Below are positions 1 to 11,091 of a stretch of 33,957 bases of DNA, one piece after another (positions within the stretch are counted from its first letter, which is position 1; each line of letters opens with the position of its first letter). The notes beneath the pieces were generated by a model. It saw only the letters and a program-made list of their open reading frames with translations. It made no database searches and had not been told where the DNA came from. Made by a program: the position numbers and the translations under genes. The stretch covers positions 1 to 33,957 of the forward strand of contig JBLILW010000003.1 of assembly GCA_047638435.1 (NCBI GenBank), read 5' to 3'. Source of the DNA: Urechidicola sp. (GTDB lineage Bacteria; Pseudomonadota; Gammaproteobacteria; GCA-001735895).

Positions 1-2003
1 CTGATACTGGGAAGCTGGATATCAGATTCCGGATCCAGTTCAAAGACATAACGATTAAGCACCTTCGTGCAACTAGCATTGTTGCCAAAGACCAAGGTCA
101 AGCAGAAAATTCCTATTTTGGTATTTTGCAGGATATTACCGAACAGGTAAAACGAGAACGTGATCTCGGGTATCGGGACGAGTTAGCTCAGCAAGCAGAG
201 TCGATAACCGATATTGGTCACTTTATTTATGATGAACTGAGCGAGAAATATACCTATGTCAGTGAGGGCTATGCGCGCATCATTGACTCGACTGTAGAAG
301 CCTGTATGGCAAAGGTTCAAAGCGTTGAGGATTATCTATCCGACATCCACCCCGATGATCGTGAACGAGTAAAAGCGGAATATCACCACTATTTAAATAC
401 GGCTGGAGAGTTGACCATCGAATATAGATTTACTCGGTGTAATGGCCAAATAGGCTGGATTAGGGAGCGGAATAAGGCGCGACAGGTCGAAGACGGGAAG
501 GTCATCGAGACACTGGGCGTGATTCAGGACATTACTGAACAAGTAGATCGCGAACAGGAACTTAGGTTTAAGGCGACCATTGTGTCAGAGGTAGAGATGA
601 TATCCGATATTGGTTATTTCCTGTTTGACGAAAAAATGAACAGGAGTCTTTTTGTCAGCCCGGGACTGGCTCGAATTGTTGGATTAGATATTGATACCTA
701 CTACGAAAAAATAGTCACCAAGAATGATCATATTGGTTTGGTTTATGGAGAAGACCAAGCTCTAGTCAGAAAAGCTTATGAGCAGGACCTACATGAGCAG
801 GGTCAGTGGAAAGTAGAGTATCGATTGCTTAAACCAAATGGGGAGATGCGCTGGATTCTTGAAATAGGTAGCGCATTTAAACGAAGTGGCACGGGTGTTG
901 AGCAATATATCGGGCTGGTCAGGGATATAACGGATCAAAAAAAAATTGAGCAGGCGTTATTGTACAAGGATGCGCTGGCTAATCAGGCGGAGGCAATCAC
1001 TGATATCGGCCATTTTGTTTATGATGAGTTAGAAGAACAATATTTATTCGTGAGTCCTGGTATGGCTCGCATACTCGGTGTCGATGAGGCTGATTTAATT
1101 TTAAGCTTGGCAACAAGAGACTGGGATCTTGCTCGCGTATATGAGGATGATCGTGAATACGTCAAAAAAGCTTACGACAGTTTCTTCATTAACAAAGATA
1201 CTTGGCAAGTAGAATATCGAATAATACACGACGATGGTCAGGTGCGTTGGGTAAAAGAGATGGGCAAAGCATCCTTGAAGAGTGGCAATATTGTTAAGCA
1301 AACGGTCGGTGTTGTACAGGATATTACCGAGAAAAAAAATACCGAACAGGCATTACTCCAATCCAGAGACACGCTAGAGCAGCAGGTGCTCGAGCGTACC
1401 CAAGAATTAAGTAATACTGTCAAACAACTTGAGGAACAAATCGAAGAACGTAAAAAAGTTGAGGCCGAGCTTGATTTTATGGCAAACCATGATGCCTTGA
1501 CCGGATTGCCCAGCCTTCGGTTGTGTAAAGATCGCCTCGAGTGTTCGTTAGCTGCTGCCCGAAGAAATGCTCGAATGACTGCGGTCATGTTTCTAGATCT
1601 TGATGGATTCAAAAAAGTAAATGATACGCTGGGCCATGAGAGTGGCGATCAGGTATTAACTGCCATAGCAAAGCGCATTCAAGAGGAAATGCGCGAAACT
1701 GATACAACCGCAAGAATTGGCGGCGATGAATTTATCATCATTATGTCAGACTTATCAGAGATACTGGCCGTAAAAAAAATTGCTGCTAATATTATCAGGA
1801 ATGTCTCTCAACCAGTTTCGATCAATCAAAACGAAGTGTCGGTAAGCGCTAGTATTGGTATCGCTTTATATCCAGATCATGGCGCCACTTCAGAGCAGTT
1901 AATGCAAGCGGCTGATAAGGCTATGTATGAAGTGAAAAAATCGGGTAAAAATAACTTTGGTTTTGCAACTAAGAGTGAACTATCGGATTCAACTCAGAAG
2001 TGA
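1..2003 (+). CDS. Multi-PAS/PAC sensor diguanylate cyclase, 5'-truncated by the window edge
   Basis: Frame is open from base 3 (DTGKLDIRF...GILQDIT), so the TTG at 126 is probably not the true start. Three full PAS-PAC units (DIG[H/Y]F...VS.G...EYR...W...DIT), a coiled coil, HDALTGLP, FLDLDGFKKVNDTLGHESGD, intact GGDEF and RxxD I-site (RETD-TTARI-GGDEF). Confidence 0.93.
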   Translation, partial: DTGKLDIRFRIQFKDITIKHLRATSIVAKDQGQAENSYFGILQDITEQVKRERDLGYRDELAQQAESITDIGHFIYDELSEKYTYVSEGYARIIDSTVEACMAKVQSVEDYLSDIHPDDRERVKAEYHHYLNTAGELTIEYRFTRCNGQIGWIRERNKARQVEDGKVIETLGVIQDITEQVDREQELRFKATIVSEVEMISDIGYFLFDEKMNRSLFVSPGLARIVGLDIDTYYEKIVTKNDHIGLVYGEDQALVRKAYEQDLHEQGQWKVEYRLLKPNGEMRWILEIGSAFKRSGTGVEQYIGLVRDITDQKKIEQALLYKDALANQAEAITDIGHFVYDELEEQYLFVSPGMARILGVDEADLILSLATRDWDLARVYEDDREYVKKAYDSFFINKDTWQVEYRIIHDDGQVRWVKEMGKASLKSGNIVKQTVGVVQDITEKKNTEQALLQSRDTLEQQVLERTQELSNTVKQLEEQIEERKKVEAELDFMANHDALTGLPSLRLCKDRLECSLAAARRNARMTAVMFLDLDGFKKVNDTLGHESGDQVLTAIAKRIQEEMRETDTTARIGGDEFIIIMSDLSEILAVKKIAANIIRNVSQPVSINQNEVSVSASIGIALYPDHGATSEQLMQAADKAMYEVKKSGKNNFGFATKSELSDSTQK

Positions 2004-2038
2004 ATAATTTTGACTAAAGATCAATCAATGCCAAGAGT

Positions 2039-2082
2039 AATCTAGCTAGCGATAAAGTTTACCGCTCACTAGCTAGATTTTT
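2039..2082. terminator. Hairpin between convergent genes, likely terminator
   Basis: 11-bp inverted repeat AATCTAGCTAG (2039-2049) / CTAGCTAGATT (2069-2079), running into a T tract on +. Confidence 0.6.
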
Positions 2083-2096
2083 AGACGTGCCCTTTT

Positions 2097-3386
2097 TTAA
2101 ACGGTCACACAGTCTAACGCTTGACTAACATCCGCAATGATGTCATCGATGTGCTCGATACCAACCGATATACGCACCAAATCAGCGCTCACACCTGCTG
2201 CGGCCAGCTCTGTTTCATCTAACTGTCTGTGTGTGGTTGACGCAGGGTGACAGGCCAGTGACTTGGCATCACCAATGTTGACCAGACGCAGGATCATTTG
2301 TAATGCATCGATAAATTGAGCACCTGCCTCAGCACCATCATTAGCATCAGACTTGATACCAAAACTAAGAATGCCAGAGGCTTTACCACCTGTAATTTTT
2401 TCTGACATGGCCTTATAAGGGCTATCGGCCAGCGTCGCGTAATTAACCCAGGCGACTTTGTCATGAGAATTCAAATACTGAGCCAGTTTTTCCGCATTGT
2501 CACAATGTCGCTCCATGCGTAAACCCAACGTTTCTAGTCCCTGCAATATTTGAAACGAATTCATGGGAGAGATGGCAGCGCCAGTATTGCGTAAAGGTAC
2601 CACTCTGCATCGACCAATATAAGCTGCAGGCCCAAGTGCTTCGGTATAGACAACACCGTGATAAGAAGGGTCCGGTTCGTTCAATACTGGGAAACGTTCT
2701 TTATTGGCGACCCAGTCAAACTTACCCGAATCGATAATCACACCACCAATTGAAGTACCATGACCGCCAATGTATTTAGTCAGGGAGTGAATAATAATGT
2801 CTGCTCCTTTTGTGAATGCCTGACACAGGTAAGGTGTCGCCACTGTGTTATCGACAATGACGGGAACGCCATGTCGATGCGCAATTTCAGCCAACTTTTC
2901 AATGTCGACAATATTGCCAGCTGGATTACCGATAGACTCGCAAAAGATTGCTTTCGTCTTACTATCGATCGCCTTCTCAAAACCGTCAAAATCATCGTGC
3001 GACAGCAGACGAACCTCTATTCCTTGTTTGGGTAAGGAATGAGCGAATAAATTATAGGTGCCACCGTAGAGTTGGCTGGTGCTGACAATATTATCACCCA
3101 CTTCACAAATACACTGGATAGCATAGGTGATAGCAGACATGCCAGATGCAACTGCCAGACTAGCAATGCCACCTTCCATCGCTGCCAGGCGCTGTTCCAG
3201 AACATCGGTGGTTGGGTTCATGATTCGAGTATAAATATTGCCTGGTACCTTGAGGTCAAACAGGTCAGCACCATGCTGTGTATTATCGAAGGTATATGAA
3301 CTAGTCTGATAAATAGGGACAGCCGCAGACTTTGTTGTCGGCTCTGAATCGTACCCGTGATGTAGTGCTAGTGATTCCAGCTTCAT
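2097..3386 (-). CDS. metY: O-acetylhomoserine/O-acetylserine sulfhydrylase (PLP-dependent, Cys/Met metabolism)
   Basis: AVPIYQTSSY, GNIYTRIMNPT, HSLTKYIGGHG (PLP lysine), LVNIGDAKSLACHPASTTHRQL, RISVGIE; 429 aa. Confidence 0.93.
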   Translation of the reverse strand: MKLESLALHHGYDSEPTTKSAAVPIYQTSSYTFDNTQHGADLFDLKVPGNIYTRIMNPTTDVLEQRLAAMEGGIASLAVASGMSAITYAIQCICEVGDNIVSTSQLYGGTYNLFAHSLPKQGIEVRLLSHDDFDGFEKAIDSKTKAIFCESIGNPAGNIVDIEKLAEIAHRHGVPVIVDNTVATPYLCQAFTKGADIIIHSLTKYIGGHGTSIGGVIIDSGKFDWVANKERFPVLNEPDPSYHGVVYTEALGPAAYIGRCRVVPLRNTGAAISPMNSFQILQGLETLGLRMERHCDNAEKLAQYLNSHDKVAWVNYATLADSPYKAMSEKITGGKASGILSFGIKSDANDGAEAGAQFIDALQMILRLVNIGDAKSLACHPASTTHRQLDETELAAAGVSADLVRISVGIEHIDDIIADVSQALDCVTV

Positions 3387-3540
3387 TGATTTTTATCCCA
3401 TATGTAAAAAAACAAGCAGATACTATATCCGAGGGATATTAGGTAAATAAATTATATTTCCAGATACACTATTCATAACTGAAATATAAAAAAATCATTC
3501 TAGATAACAAAGTTATGAAGAATTCTAATATCGACTTATT

Positions 3541-4404
3541 TTAATGAAGCAGCGTGAAAAGTTTACGACGATATTTCTGTACTGCAGGATGTTCACCACC
3601 CAGCATGTCGAACAGAGCAAACAAACCCTTGCGTGCTGCGCCGTCCTGAAATTGCTGATCGATTTTGAAAATTTTCAGTAGGCATTCCATCGCTATTTCA
3701 TGTTCACCCTGAGCCGATAAATGGGTACTTTTATTCAGCAAGGCGATCAGATTTTTCGGATCTTTGGATAAATCTTTTTCGATTTCTTTCAACGATGGAA
3801 TGCCTTCTAACTGGCTCGATAAGTTGATTGCTGCCAATAACTTGACGGCCTCATCTTTTTTCTTATCATCATCGCTAAGTGAATTCAGTAACGCCAGAGC
3901 GCTATCCTTGTCACCCTGGGACATAATCACTGTGGCCATATTAATTTTGAGATCAGCATTCGTCGGGTCTTGTGCGAGTGCCTGATTCATCAACGCTAAA
4001 CCTTCTTCCATATTACCTAGCTCGAATGCGGCATTCGCAGAGTCCATCAAGTTGTCTGATTCGCTGGTAATGTATTGATCTAAAAACGCGCGTATTTCTG
4101 ATTCGGGCAAGGCGCCCATTTTTTCACCAACTATTTGCCCGTCAACGAAAAGCTTCATGGTTGGCAAACTCTTAATGCCAAAATGTCCCGCTAATTCCTG
4201 TTCTTCTTCGGTATTGACTTTGGCGAGTATAAATTTGCCGCCGTATTCTTCAGCCAACTTGGCTAGTACTGGCATCAAAGTCTTGCAAGGTTGGCACCAT
4301 TCGGCCCAAAAGTCGACCAATACAGGCACCTTGAGAGAGTTTTCAAGCACCACTGACTGGAAATTTTGGGCGTTTACATTGTGAATATAAGGTGACTCGC
4401 TCAT
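3541..4404 (-). CDS. ybbN: Thioredoxin-TPR chaperedoxin (YbbN/CnoX family)
   Basis: N-terminal thioredoxin LVDFWAEWCQPCK, helical TPR-like C-terminus ending YRRKLFTLLH; 287 aa. Confidence 0.9.
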   Translation of the reverse strand: MSESPYIHNVNAQNFQSVVLENSLKVPVLVDFWAEWCQPCKTLMPVLAKLAEEYGGKFILAKVNTEEEQELAGHFGIKSLPTMKLFVDGQIVGEKMGALPESEIRAFLDQYITSESDNLMDSANAAFELGNMEEGLALMNQALAQDPTNADLKINMATVIMSQGDKDSALALLNSLSDDDKKKDEAVKLLAAINLSSQLEGIPSLKEIEKDLSKDPKNLIALLNKSTHLSAQGEHEIAMECLLKIFKIDQQFQDGAARKGLFALFDMLGGEHPAVQKYRRKLFTLLH

Positions 4405-4542
4405 AATACTGTTTCCGAAAAAAGTGACTTAGTATATCAGGTAACATACTCACAATTTCAAGTACGATAACGCAATAATTTAGCGCAGCGATTACCAATA
4501 AATGCGACCAACTAACATGACGAACCACGGGTAAAACTACTT

Positions 4543-6429
4543 TTGACTAATCAATATGATGCCGCTTCGATTGAAGTTCTGACAGGACTCGATCCCGTCA
4601 AAAAGCGTCCGGGCATGTACACCGATACCACTCGACCGAATCACCTCGCGCAAGAAGTCATCGATAATAGTGTTGACGAAGCGATTGCAGGCCATGCGAC
4701 TCAGATAGGCGTCATTCTGCACGCAGATCAGTCTTTAAGCGTGATTGACGATGGCCGTGGCATGCCGGTTGATATCCATCCTCAGGAGGGCATTCCGGGT
4801 GTCGAAGTTATCCTCACAAAACTGCATTCTGGTGGTAAATTTTCCAACAAGAATTATCAGTTCTCCGGCGGCCTGCATGGTGTTGGCATATCAGTCGTCA
4901 ATGCTTTATCAAAAAAACTTGATGTTCGTGTTCGCCGTGACGGAAAAGAATTTTCGATTGGATTTGAAAATGGCGACAAAACGATCGATTTGAAAGAAAT
5001 AGGCACCGTGGGCAAAAAGAATACCGGTACCACCATTCATTTTTGGCCAGCGCATGAATATTTCGATAGCGCAATTTTCTCCGTATCAAAACTGAAACAT
5101 ATTTTAAGAGCCAAGGCCGTATTATGCCCAGGCTTACTCGTTAAATTCTACGAAGAAAAAACCAAGGAATCACATGAATGGTATTACGAAGACGGCCTTT
5201 CAGATTACCTTCTAGATGCATTAGCTGGGTTCGAGTTATTACCCGCAACGCCCTTTGTCACATCCGTCAAGGGCGAGCACGAAGCGGCCGACTGGGCAAT
5301 AGTCTGGTTGCCCGAAGGTGGCGAGGCAATTACGGAAAGCTATGTGAACTTAGTCCCCACTGCGCAGGGCGGCACGCATGTGAATGGATTGCGTACAGGC
5401 ATTACCGATGCGATTCGTGAGTTTTGTGAATTTCGTAGCCTGTTACCCCGCGGCATTAAAATTGCGCCCGATGATGTTTGGGACAAAGTAAGTTTCATTC
5501 TGTCAGTAAAAATGTCCGATCCACAGTTTTCTGGTCAAACCAAGGAGAGATTGTCGTCTCGCGAAACCGCTGCTTTTGTATCGGGTATTGCGAAAGATTC
5601 TTTCAGCTTATGGTTAAACCAGCATGCTGATATGGGTGATTTACTGGCGCAAATGGCGATTTCGAGTGCACAGGTAAGACTTAAAAGCGCCAAGAAAATT
5701 GTCCGTAAAAGAGTCACTTCTGGTCCAGCATTACCCGGCAAGCTAGCTGACTGTAGTAGTCAAGATTTGAACCGCACAGAACTATTTTTGGTCGAAGGTG
5801 ATTCGGCGGGTGGCTCGGCCAAACAAGCCAGAGATCGTGTCTTTCAGGCGATTATGCCCTTGCGTGGCAAAATTCTAAATACCTGGGAAGTTTCTTCCGA
5901 TCAGGTACTTGCGTCTCAGGAAGTTCATGATATCTCCGTCGCCATCGGTGTCGATCCGGCGTCAGATGATATTTCTAATTTACGCTACGGCAAGATATGC
6001 ATTCTGGCCGATGCTGACTCAGACGGATTGCATATTGCAACGCTACTATGTGCGTTATTTTTACGGCATTTCCAGCCACTGGTTGAACGCGGGCATATCT
6101 ATGTCGCTAAGCCACCGTTGTATCGAATTGATATCGCCAAGGACAAGTATTACGCGTTAGACGAGGCCGAGCGCGAGGGTATTATTGATCGATTAGTGGC
6201 TGAAAAAAGAAAAGGTAAAATCACTGTAACCCGGTTTAAAGGTCTGGGAGAAATGAATCCAATGCAGCTACGTGAAAGTACCATCGCACCTGATACGCGT
6301 CGTTTAGCGCAGTTAACGATGGAGCCGGGTGATAATACCTTTGAAATAATGAATATGATGTTGTCCAAAAAGCGTGCCGCCGATCGTAAAGACTGGTTAC
6401 AGGCAAAAGGCGATTTGGCGGAGGTATAG
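4543..6429 (+). CDS. parE: DNA topoisomerase IV subunit B
   Basis: GHKL motifs [16 protein letters not shown] and [15 protein letters not shown]; [18 protein letters not shown] and DADSDG; 628 aa; immediately upstream of parC; TTG start. Confidence 0.97.
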   Translation: MTNQYDAASIEVLTGLDPVKKRPGMYTDTTRPNHLAQEVIDNSVDEAIAGHATQIGVILHADQSLSVIDDGRGMPVDIHPQEGIPGVEVILTKLHSGGKFSNKNYQFSGGLHGVGISVVNALSKKLDVRVRRDGKEFSIGFENGDKTIDLKEIGTVGKKNTGTTIHFWPAHEYFDSAIFSVSKLKHILRAKAVLCPGLLVKFYEEKTKESHEWYYEDGLSDYLLDALAGFELLPATPFVTSVKGEHEAADWAIVWLPEGGEAITESYVNLVPTAQGGTHVNGLRTGITDAIREFCEFRSLLPRGIKIAPDDVWDKVSFILSVKMSDPQFSGQTKERLSSRETAAFVSGIAKDSFSLWLNQHADMGDLLAQMAISSAQVRLKSAKKIVRKRVTSGPALPGKLADCSSQDLNRTELFLVEGDSAGGSAKQARDRVFQAIMPLRGKILNTWEVSSDQVLASQEVHDISVAIGVDPASDDISNLRYGKICILADADSDGLHIATLLCALFLRHFQPLVERGHIYVAKPPLYRIDIAKDKYYALDEAEREGIIDRLVAEKRKGKITVTRFKGLGEMNPMQLRESTIAPDTRRLAQLTMEPGDNTFEIMNMMLSKKRAADRKDWLQAKGDLAEV

Positions 6430-6431
6430 AA

Positions 6432-8684
6432 ATGTCTGAAAACTTAGAACTAAATTATGAAGGCGTAGAGAAAGAGCCGCTAGGCATTTTTACAGAAAAG
6501 GCATACCTCGACTACTCGATGTACGTCATTCTTGATCGAGCATTGCCGCATATTGGTGATGGCTTAAAACCCGTCCAAAGGCGAATAATTTATGCCATGT
6601 CTGAGCTTGGGTTGTCTGTCAGCTCAAAGCACAAAAAGTCGGCGCGAACCGTGGGTGACGTTTTAGGTAAGTTCCACCCGCATGGTGATACCGCCTGTTA
6701 CGAAGCTATGGTTTTGATGGCGCAGGATTTTTCTTATCGATATCCATTGATCGATGGTCAGGGTAATTTTGGTTCCCCCGACGATCCAAAATCATTCGCC
6801 GCCATGCGCTATACCGAATCACGCCTATCAGGTATTGCAAAATTATTGTTACAAGAACTGGGCCTTGGTACGGTTGACTGGGTACCAAATTTTGATGGCA
6901 CTATGCAAGAGCCATCGTTGTTACCAGCACGGCTTCCGCATATTTTACTCAATGGCACGACAGGCATCGCGGTGGGTATGGCTACTGATTTACCACCACA
7001 TAACCTACGTGAAGTAGCGAGCGCCTGTATTGCATTATTAGACAATTCACGCACCTCGCTAGACGAGCTGCTCGAAATTATAAAAGGGCCAGACTATCCA
7101 ACTGACGCCGAAATTATTACACCGCAAGGAGACCTGCGTTCGATGTATGAAACCGGTCACGGCTCTATCCGTATTCGATCTCTTTATGAACGTGAAGATG
7201 GTGACATCATTCTCACAGCGCTGCCACATCAAGTGTCTGGCGCCAAAATTCTAGAGCAAATAGCACAGCAAATGTTGGCTAAAAAACTACCGATGGTGGA
7301 TGACTTACGCGATGAGTCTGACCATGAAAACCCCACTCGATTAGTCATCGTGCCGCGATCAAATCGGGTTGATGTTGAGGCCTTAATGGGCCACTTGTTT
7401 GCCACCACTGACCTCGAAAAAACCTATCGCGTTAATATGAATGTGATCGGCACCAATGGCCGGCCACAAGTTAAGAACCTGAGACAAATTTTACAAGAGT
7501 GGATTGCTTTTCGAGTCAGCACTGTGCGCAGACGCCTCGAATGGCGACTAGATAAGGTCGACAAGCGCCTACATATTTTGGACGGATTACTGATCGCATT
7601 CTTAAATTTGGATGAAGTCATTCGAATCGTGCGTTATGAAGAACATCCCAAGGCTGCTCTCATTAAGACTTTCAGTATTTCAGAGATTCAAGCTGAAGCC
7701 ATTCTCGAAACAAAGCTGCGCCACTTGGCCAAGCTAGAAGAGATGAAAATCCGTGCGGAGCAAGATGCGCTTCAAAAGGAAAAGCAATCGCTTGAGAAAT
7801 TACTGGGTTCAGAGCGGCGTCTAAAAACATTGATCAAAAACGAAATCATGGAAGATGCGGAAGCCTATGGTGATGATAGACGGTCACCCATTGTGAGTCG
7901 ACAAATAGCGAAGGCGATGGATGAAAATGCTCTGATACCATCCGAAGCCTTGACTGTCGTGCTGTCAGCTGCCGGCTGGGTCCGAGCCGCCAAGGGGCAT
8001 GATATTGACGTCTTAGGCTTGAATTATAAGTCGGGTGATACCTTCCAGGGGATGGCCCAGGGAAAGAGCAATCAAAGTGCTGTGTTTATCGATTCGCATG
8101 GACGAAGCTATGCCTTGCCAGCCCACAGCCTGCCATCTGCCAGAGGGCAGGGCGAGCCTTTAACCGGTCGATTTAAGCCAGCCGCAGGTGCAGAGTTCGT
8201 CGACTGTTTAATGGCTCGTAATGATCAACTGTTTCTGATGACGACTTCACATGGTTATGGTTTTTTGTGCTTTTTTGAAGATATGTTGACGCGTAATAAA
8301 AATGGTAAAGCATTAATTAGTATTTCTAGTGATGCTAAATTGATTCGCGCTAACCCAGTTCAAAACCTTGACACTGATGTCGTGGTGTCGATTACCAGCG
8401 ACGGTTATATTGGTCTGGTCGATGCAAAAGAAATCCCGCAGCTATCGAAAGGCAAAGGTAATAAAATTTTGGGTGTTCCTCCAAAACGCCTTAAGTCAGG
8501 CGAAGAAAGCGTGAGTTATGTCACCTGCTTGTCGGGTAAACAAACGCTGATTATTCACTCGGGTAAGAAATATAAAACAATGTCGGTGAAAGAGCTTGAA
8601 GAGTATCGAATTGATCGTGGCAAACGAGGACATAAATTACCACGCGGGTATCAAAATGTAACTGATGTTGAAGTGACTGATTAA
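6432..8684 (+). CDS. parC: DNA topoisomerase IV subunit A
   Basis: [42 protein letters not shown] catalytic Tyr; 750 aa. Confidence 0.97.
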   Translation: MSENLELNYEGVEKEPLGIFTEKAYLDYSMYVILDRALPHIGDGLKPVQRRIIYAMSELGLSVSSKHKKSARTVGDVLGKFHPHGDTACYEAMVLMAQDFSYRYPLIDGQGNFGSPDDPKSFAAMRYTESRLSGIAKLLLQELGLGTVDWVPNFDGTMQEPSLLPARLPHILLNGTTGIAVGMATDLPPHNLREVASACIALLDNSRTSLDELLEIIKGPDYPTDAEIITPQGDLRSMYETGHGSIRIRSLYEREDGDIILTALPHQVSGAKILEQIAQQMLAKKLPMVDDLRDESDHENPTRLVIVPRSNRVDVEALMGHLFATTDLEKTYRVNMNVIGTNGRPQVKNLRQILQEWIAFRVSTVRRRLEWRLDKVDKRLHILDGLLIAFLNLDEVIRIVRYEEHPKAALIKTFSISEIQAEAILETKLRHLAKLEEMKIRAEQDALQKEKQSLEKLLGSERRLKTLIKNEIMEDAEAYGDDRRSPIVSRQIAKAMDENALIPSEALTVVLSAAGWVRAAKGHDIDVLGLNYKSGDTFQGMAQGKSNQSAVFIDSHGRSYALPAHSLPSARGQGEPLTGRFKPAAGAEFVDCLMARNDQLFLMTTSHGYGFLCFFEDMLTRNKNGKALISISSDAKLIRANPVQNLDTDVVVSITSDGYIGLVDAKEIPQLSKGKGNKILGVPPKRLKSGEESVSYVTCLSGKQTLIIHSGKKYKTMSVKELEEYRIDRGKRGHKLPRGYQNVTDVEVTD

Positions 8685-8703
8685 CGGTAACTGATAAAAG
8701 TAG

Positions 8704-8740
8704 ACTGACAGCCAATGAGCATTGCACATTGGCTGTCAGT
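8704..8740. terminator. Hairpin between convergent parC and fimX-like gene
   Basis: Perfect 14-bp inverted repeat ACTGACAGCCAATG (8704-8717) / CATTGGCTGTCAGT (8727-8740). No strong U-tail. Confidence 0.65.
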
Positions 8741-8748
8741 GAAGTTAT

Positions 8749-10836
8749 CTACATAGAAGAGAAGTCGTAATTGAGGGTTTTGGACGGGGCCTGAAGAAAA
8801 TTACCGTGAACGAAATCAATTCCTAGTCCCCATAGTACACTGAGTGAACCCGCATCGTTGACACCGGGTGTAATAGTTCTCACATTAACCTCTGCTGCCT
8901 GTGTGCAGAGTTCACGAATGCTATCCTGATTGTCAGTGTTCTGAATCAAGTTTTCCATATAGGCACGATTAATCAGAATATAGTCGGCATTGATATGCTT
9001 GAGTAATTGAAAGGGGTTGAGTCCAGTTCCAAACTCATCCAGCCCGAACTGGCAATGGATTTTTTTTATCCCCTTAAAAAGTGCTTTTGCCGCTTTAAGT
9101 TGATTAACAGCATGAGCCTCGTTTACTAGAAACACGAGTTGCTCGCCTGACACATTCGCTTTGGTGAGGTTGTCAGAAATCCATTGAGCTAAGACAGGGT
9201 CTAAAATCGATCCAATACTGAGTGGAATAAAGAATTCAAGTTTGCGTGACTTTTTGTTGGCTTCAGCAATTTTTTTAATGACATGCAATATTGTCCAGCG
9301 ATCGAGTGTTTTAGCGATGCCAGTGCGTTCGGCCGCAGCCTGATAGTCTTCGCGAGACATTGGCTTGCCGTCAGTATTGAGCAAGTTCAGACTGGATATA
9401 TAGCGCTCACCCGTTTCTGCTTTAATACTCACCAAGGGTTGGAAAAGTCCCTCAATGCGGTTGTCAGAAATAGCGTCCTTGAGTGATTGGCCAATCGAAC
9501 CATCTTCTTCCTCCTGACTCATATCAGCCACTTTAGGCACGTAAATACGAGACTGATTGCCGCCTTCTTTTTGGGCTTCATCACAGGTTTTTTCTGCTCG
9601 TCCCATCATTTCATTCGCATTGTCAGGTGAAATTTCGTCGATGTAGCAAACTGAAGTACTACAGGTAGCGCTGATAGACTTATTGCCAATTTCAGAAATA
9701 TGCTGTTCAACCAAAACAGGGATTTTGGATGATAAATCTTCGATTGGTTTCTTATCAGAAATGACGGTCAAAATGGCATAGGAATGAGCTCCAAACCGAG
9801 CCACGATCTGTTCAGTGATTGTATTCTCTTGCAATATTTTGGCGATGTCAGTGATTAAAATATCGCAGCCCGAAAGTCCAACGGTATCACGTATTGTTTG
9901 AAAATTATCAATCGAGATATACAGGATGGCGCAGCGGTGTATGCCGTTAACAGCCTTCGAAATCGAACTTTTTAACTCATTCATATAGTATTGGTGATTA
10001 TATAAACCGGATACCAGATCGTGATGATGAAGGTAGTTAATCTGTTCTTCCAGTTCAGATGTGTCGGAGGAAGAACGAATCAAAACTTGAGTACAGGGCT
10101 CACCATCAAAACGGGCTCGGGAAAACTCTAAAGTGGCTTCGATGGTCTTGCCACTATCGTGTATAAGTTTGAGGTCAAGCTGATTGGTATTGTTTTTTTG
10201 TTGACTCAATGCACGTAAAAATGTCTTGATTTCGTCCTGCTGGCTGACATGAACCATATCGATAATGGGTATACCCTCAAGGTCGTCAAAATCAGTGTTG
10301 CCAAATAATCCCATATACACTTCATTCGCGTAAATGTGCATACCTTCGTGAATAAAGGCGACCGCATCCTTCGAACTGGCGAGCAATGATTGACAGCGCT
10401 TTTCACTCTCCATTAACTCGAATTCCATTCGTTTTGCTTTGCGCCACATCGACAGGCTAAAGGCTTCTCGTTTAATGACCTGAATGAGATGATCTAGATT
10501 GGTTGAAGGCACGACATCCTGTGCACCTGCACTAATCGCCTGAACCATTATCTCGGGATTGAGATTATTGGTCATGGCAACCAGCCCAACGTGACGACCG
10601 CATTGACTGATGAGGTGCTGTGCCTGCTTTAAAGTGAAGCCTTCTAAATCGAGTGAGAACAACACCAAGTCGAGTGCCTTGCTGTCAAGCATGGCGGACA
10701 TGTCGTCGCTACCTTCGGCAAATTCGGCGCGTACCTGCATACCGATAGCTCGTAGAGAACTCGTTATTTGTTCGGCCTTGTGCAGATCTGCATCAATAAT
10801 GAGTAACCGAATTAGTTTTTCTACACCAAAATCCAT
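8749..10836 (-). CDS. fimX: FimX-like REC-PAS-degenerate GGDEF-degenerate EAL protein
   Basis: IRLLIID receiver start, AGAQDVV, ESEKRCQSLLASSKDAVAFIHEGMHIYAN (FimX-type PAS entry), LNPFQLLKH, LSVLWGLGIDFVHGNFLQ, ending YDFSS; 695 aa; located near parC and psd as in Pseudomonas. Confidence 0.8.
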   Translation of the reverse strand: MDFGVEKLIRLLIIDADLHKAEQITSSLRAIGMQVRAEFAEGSDDMSAMLDSKALDLVLFSLDLEGFTLKQAQHLISQCGRHVGLVAMTNNLNPEIMVQAISAGAQDVVPSTNLDHLIQVIKREAFSLSMWRKAKRMEFELMESEKRCQSLLASSKDAVAFIHEGMHIYANEVYMGLFGNTDFDDLEGIPIIDMVHVSQQDEIKTFLRALSQQKNNTNQLDLKLIHDSGKTIEATLEFSRARFDGEPCTQVLIRSSSDTSELEEQINYLHHHDLVSGLYNHQYYMNELKSSISKAVNGIHRCAILYISIDNFQTIRDTVGLSGCDILITDIAKILQENTITEQIVARFGAHSYAILTVISDKKPIEDLSSKIPVLVEQHISEIGNKSISATCSTSVCYIDEISPDNANEMMGRAEKTCDEAQKEGGNQSRIYVPKVADMSQEEEDGSIGQSLKDAISDNRIEGLFQPLVSIKAETGERYISSLNLLNTDGKPMSREDYQAAAERTGIAKTLDRWTILHVIKKIAEANKKSRKLEFFIPLSIGSILDPVLAQWISDNLTKANVSGEQLVFLVNEAHAVNQLKAAKALFKGIKKIHCQFGLDEFGTGLNPFQLLKHINADYILINRAYMENLIQNTDNQDSIRELCTQAAEVNVRTITPGVNDAGSLSVLWGLGIDFVHGNFLQAPSKTLNYDFSSM

Positions 10837-11091
10837 AAACTTTTCTAAGTTGTCGTCAGTCAGTTGGTGATGATAACGTAAATTATCATCAGTCCGTCAA
10901 AATTTGAATTTTTTTGATGTCAAATAAAGCAACATTTTAACCAGAACAGTTTGCCTACAGTTTTTTTTGTTTTAGTTGTATTATTTATAATACTTTTTTA
11001 GGGTCAATTTTCTAATCAAAGATTTGTCGCATCGCCACAGGATCGGCTATTATGGAGTCCCCTTTTAAAATATATGTCAGAGTTAAATATC

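Noticed and set aside
3387-3540. SAM riboswitch before metY
   Set aside because: No recognisable SAM aptamer core motifs.
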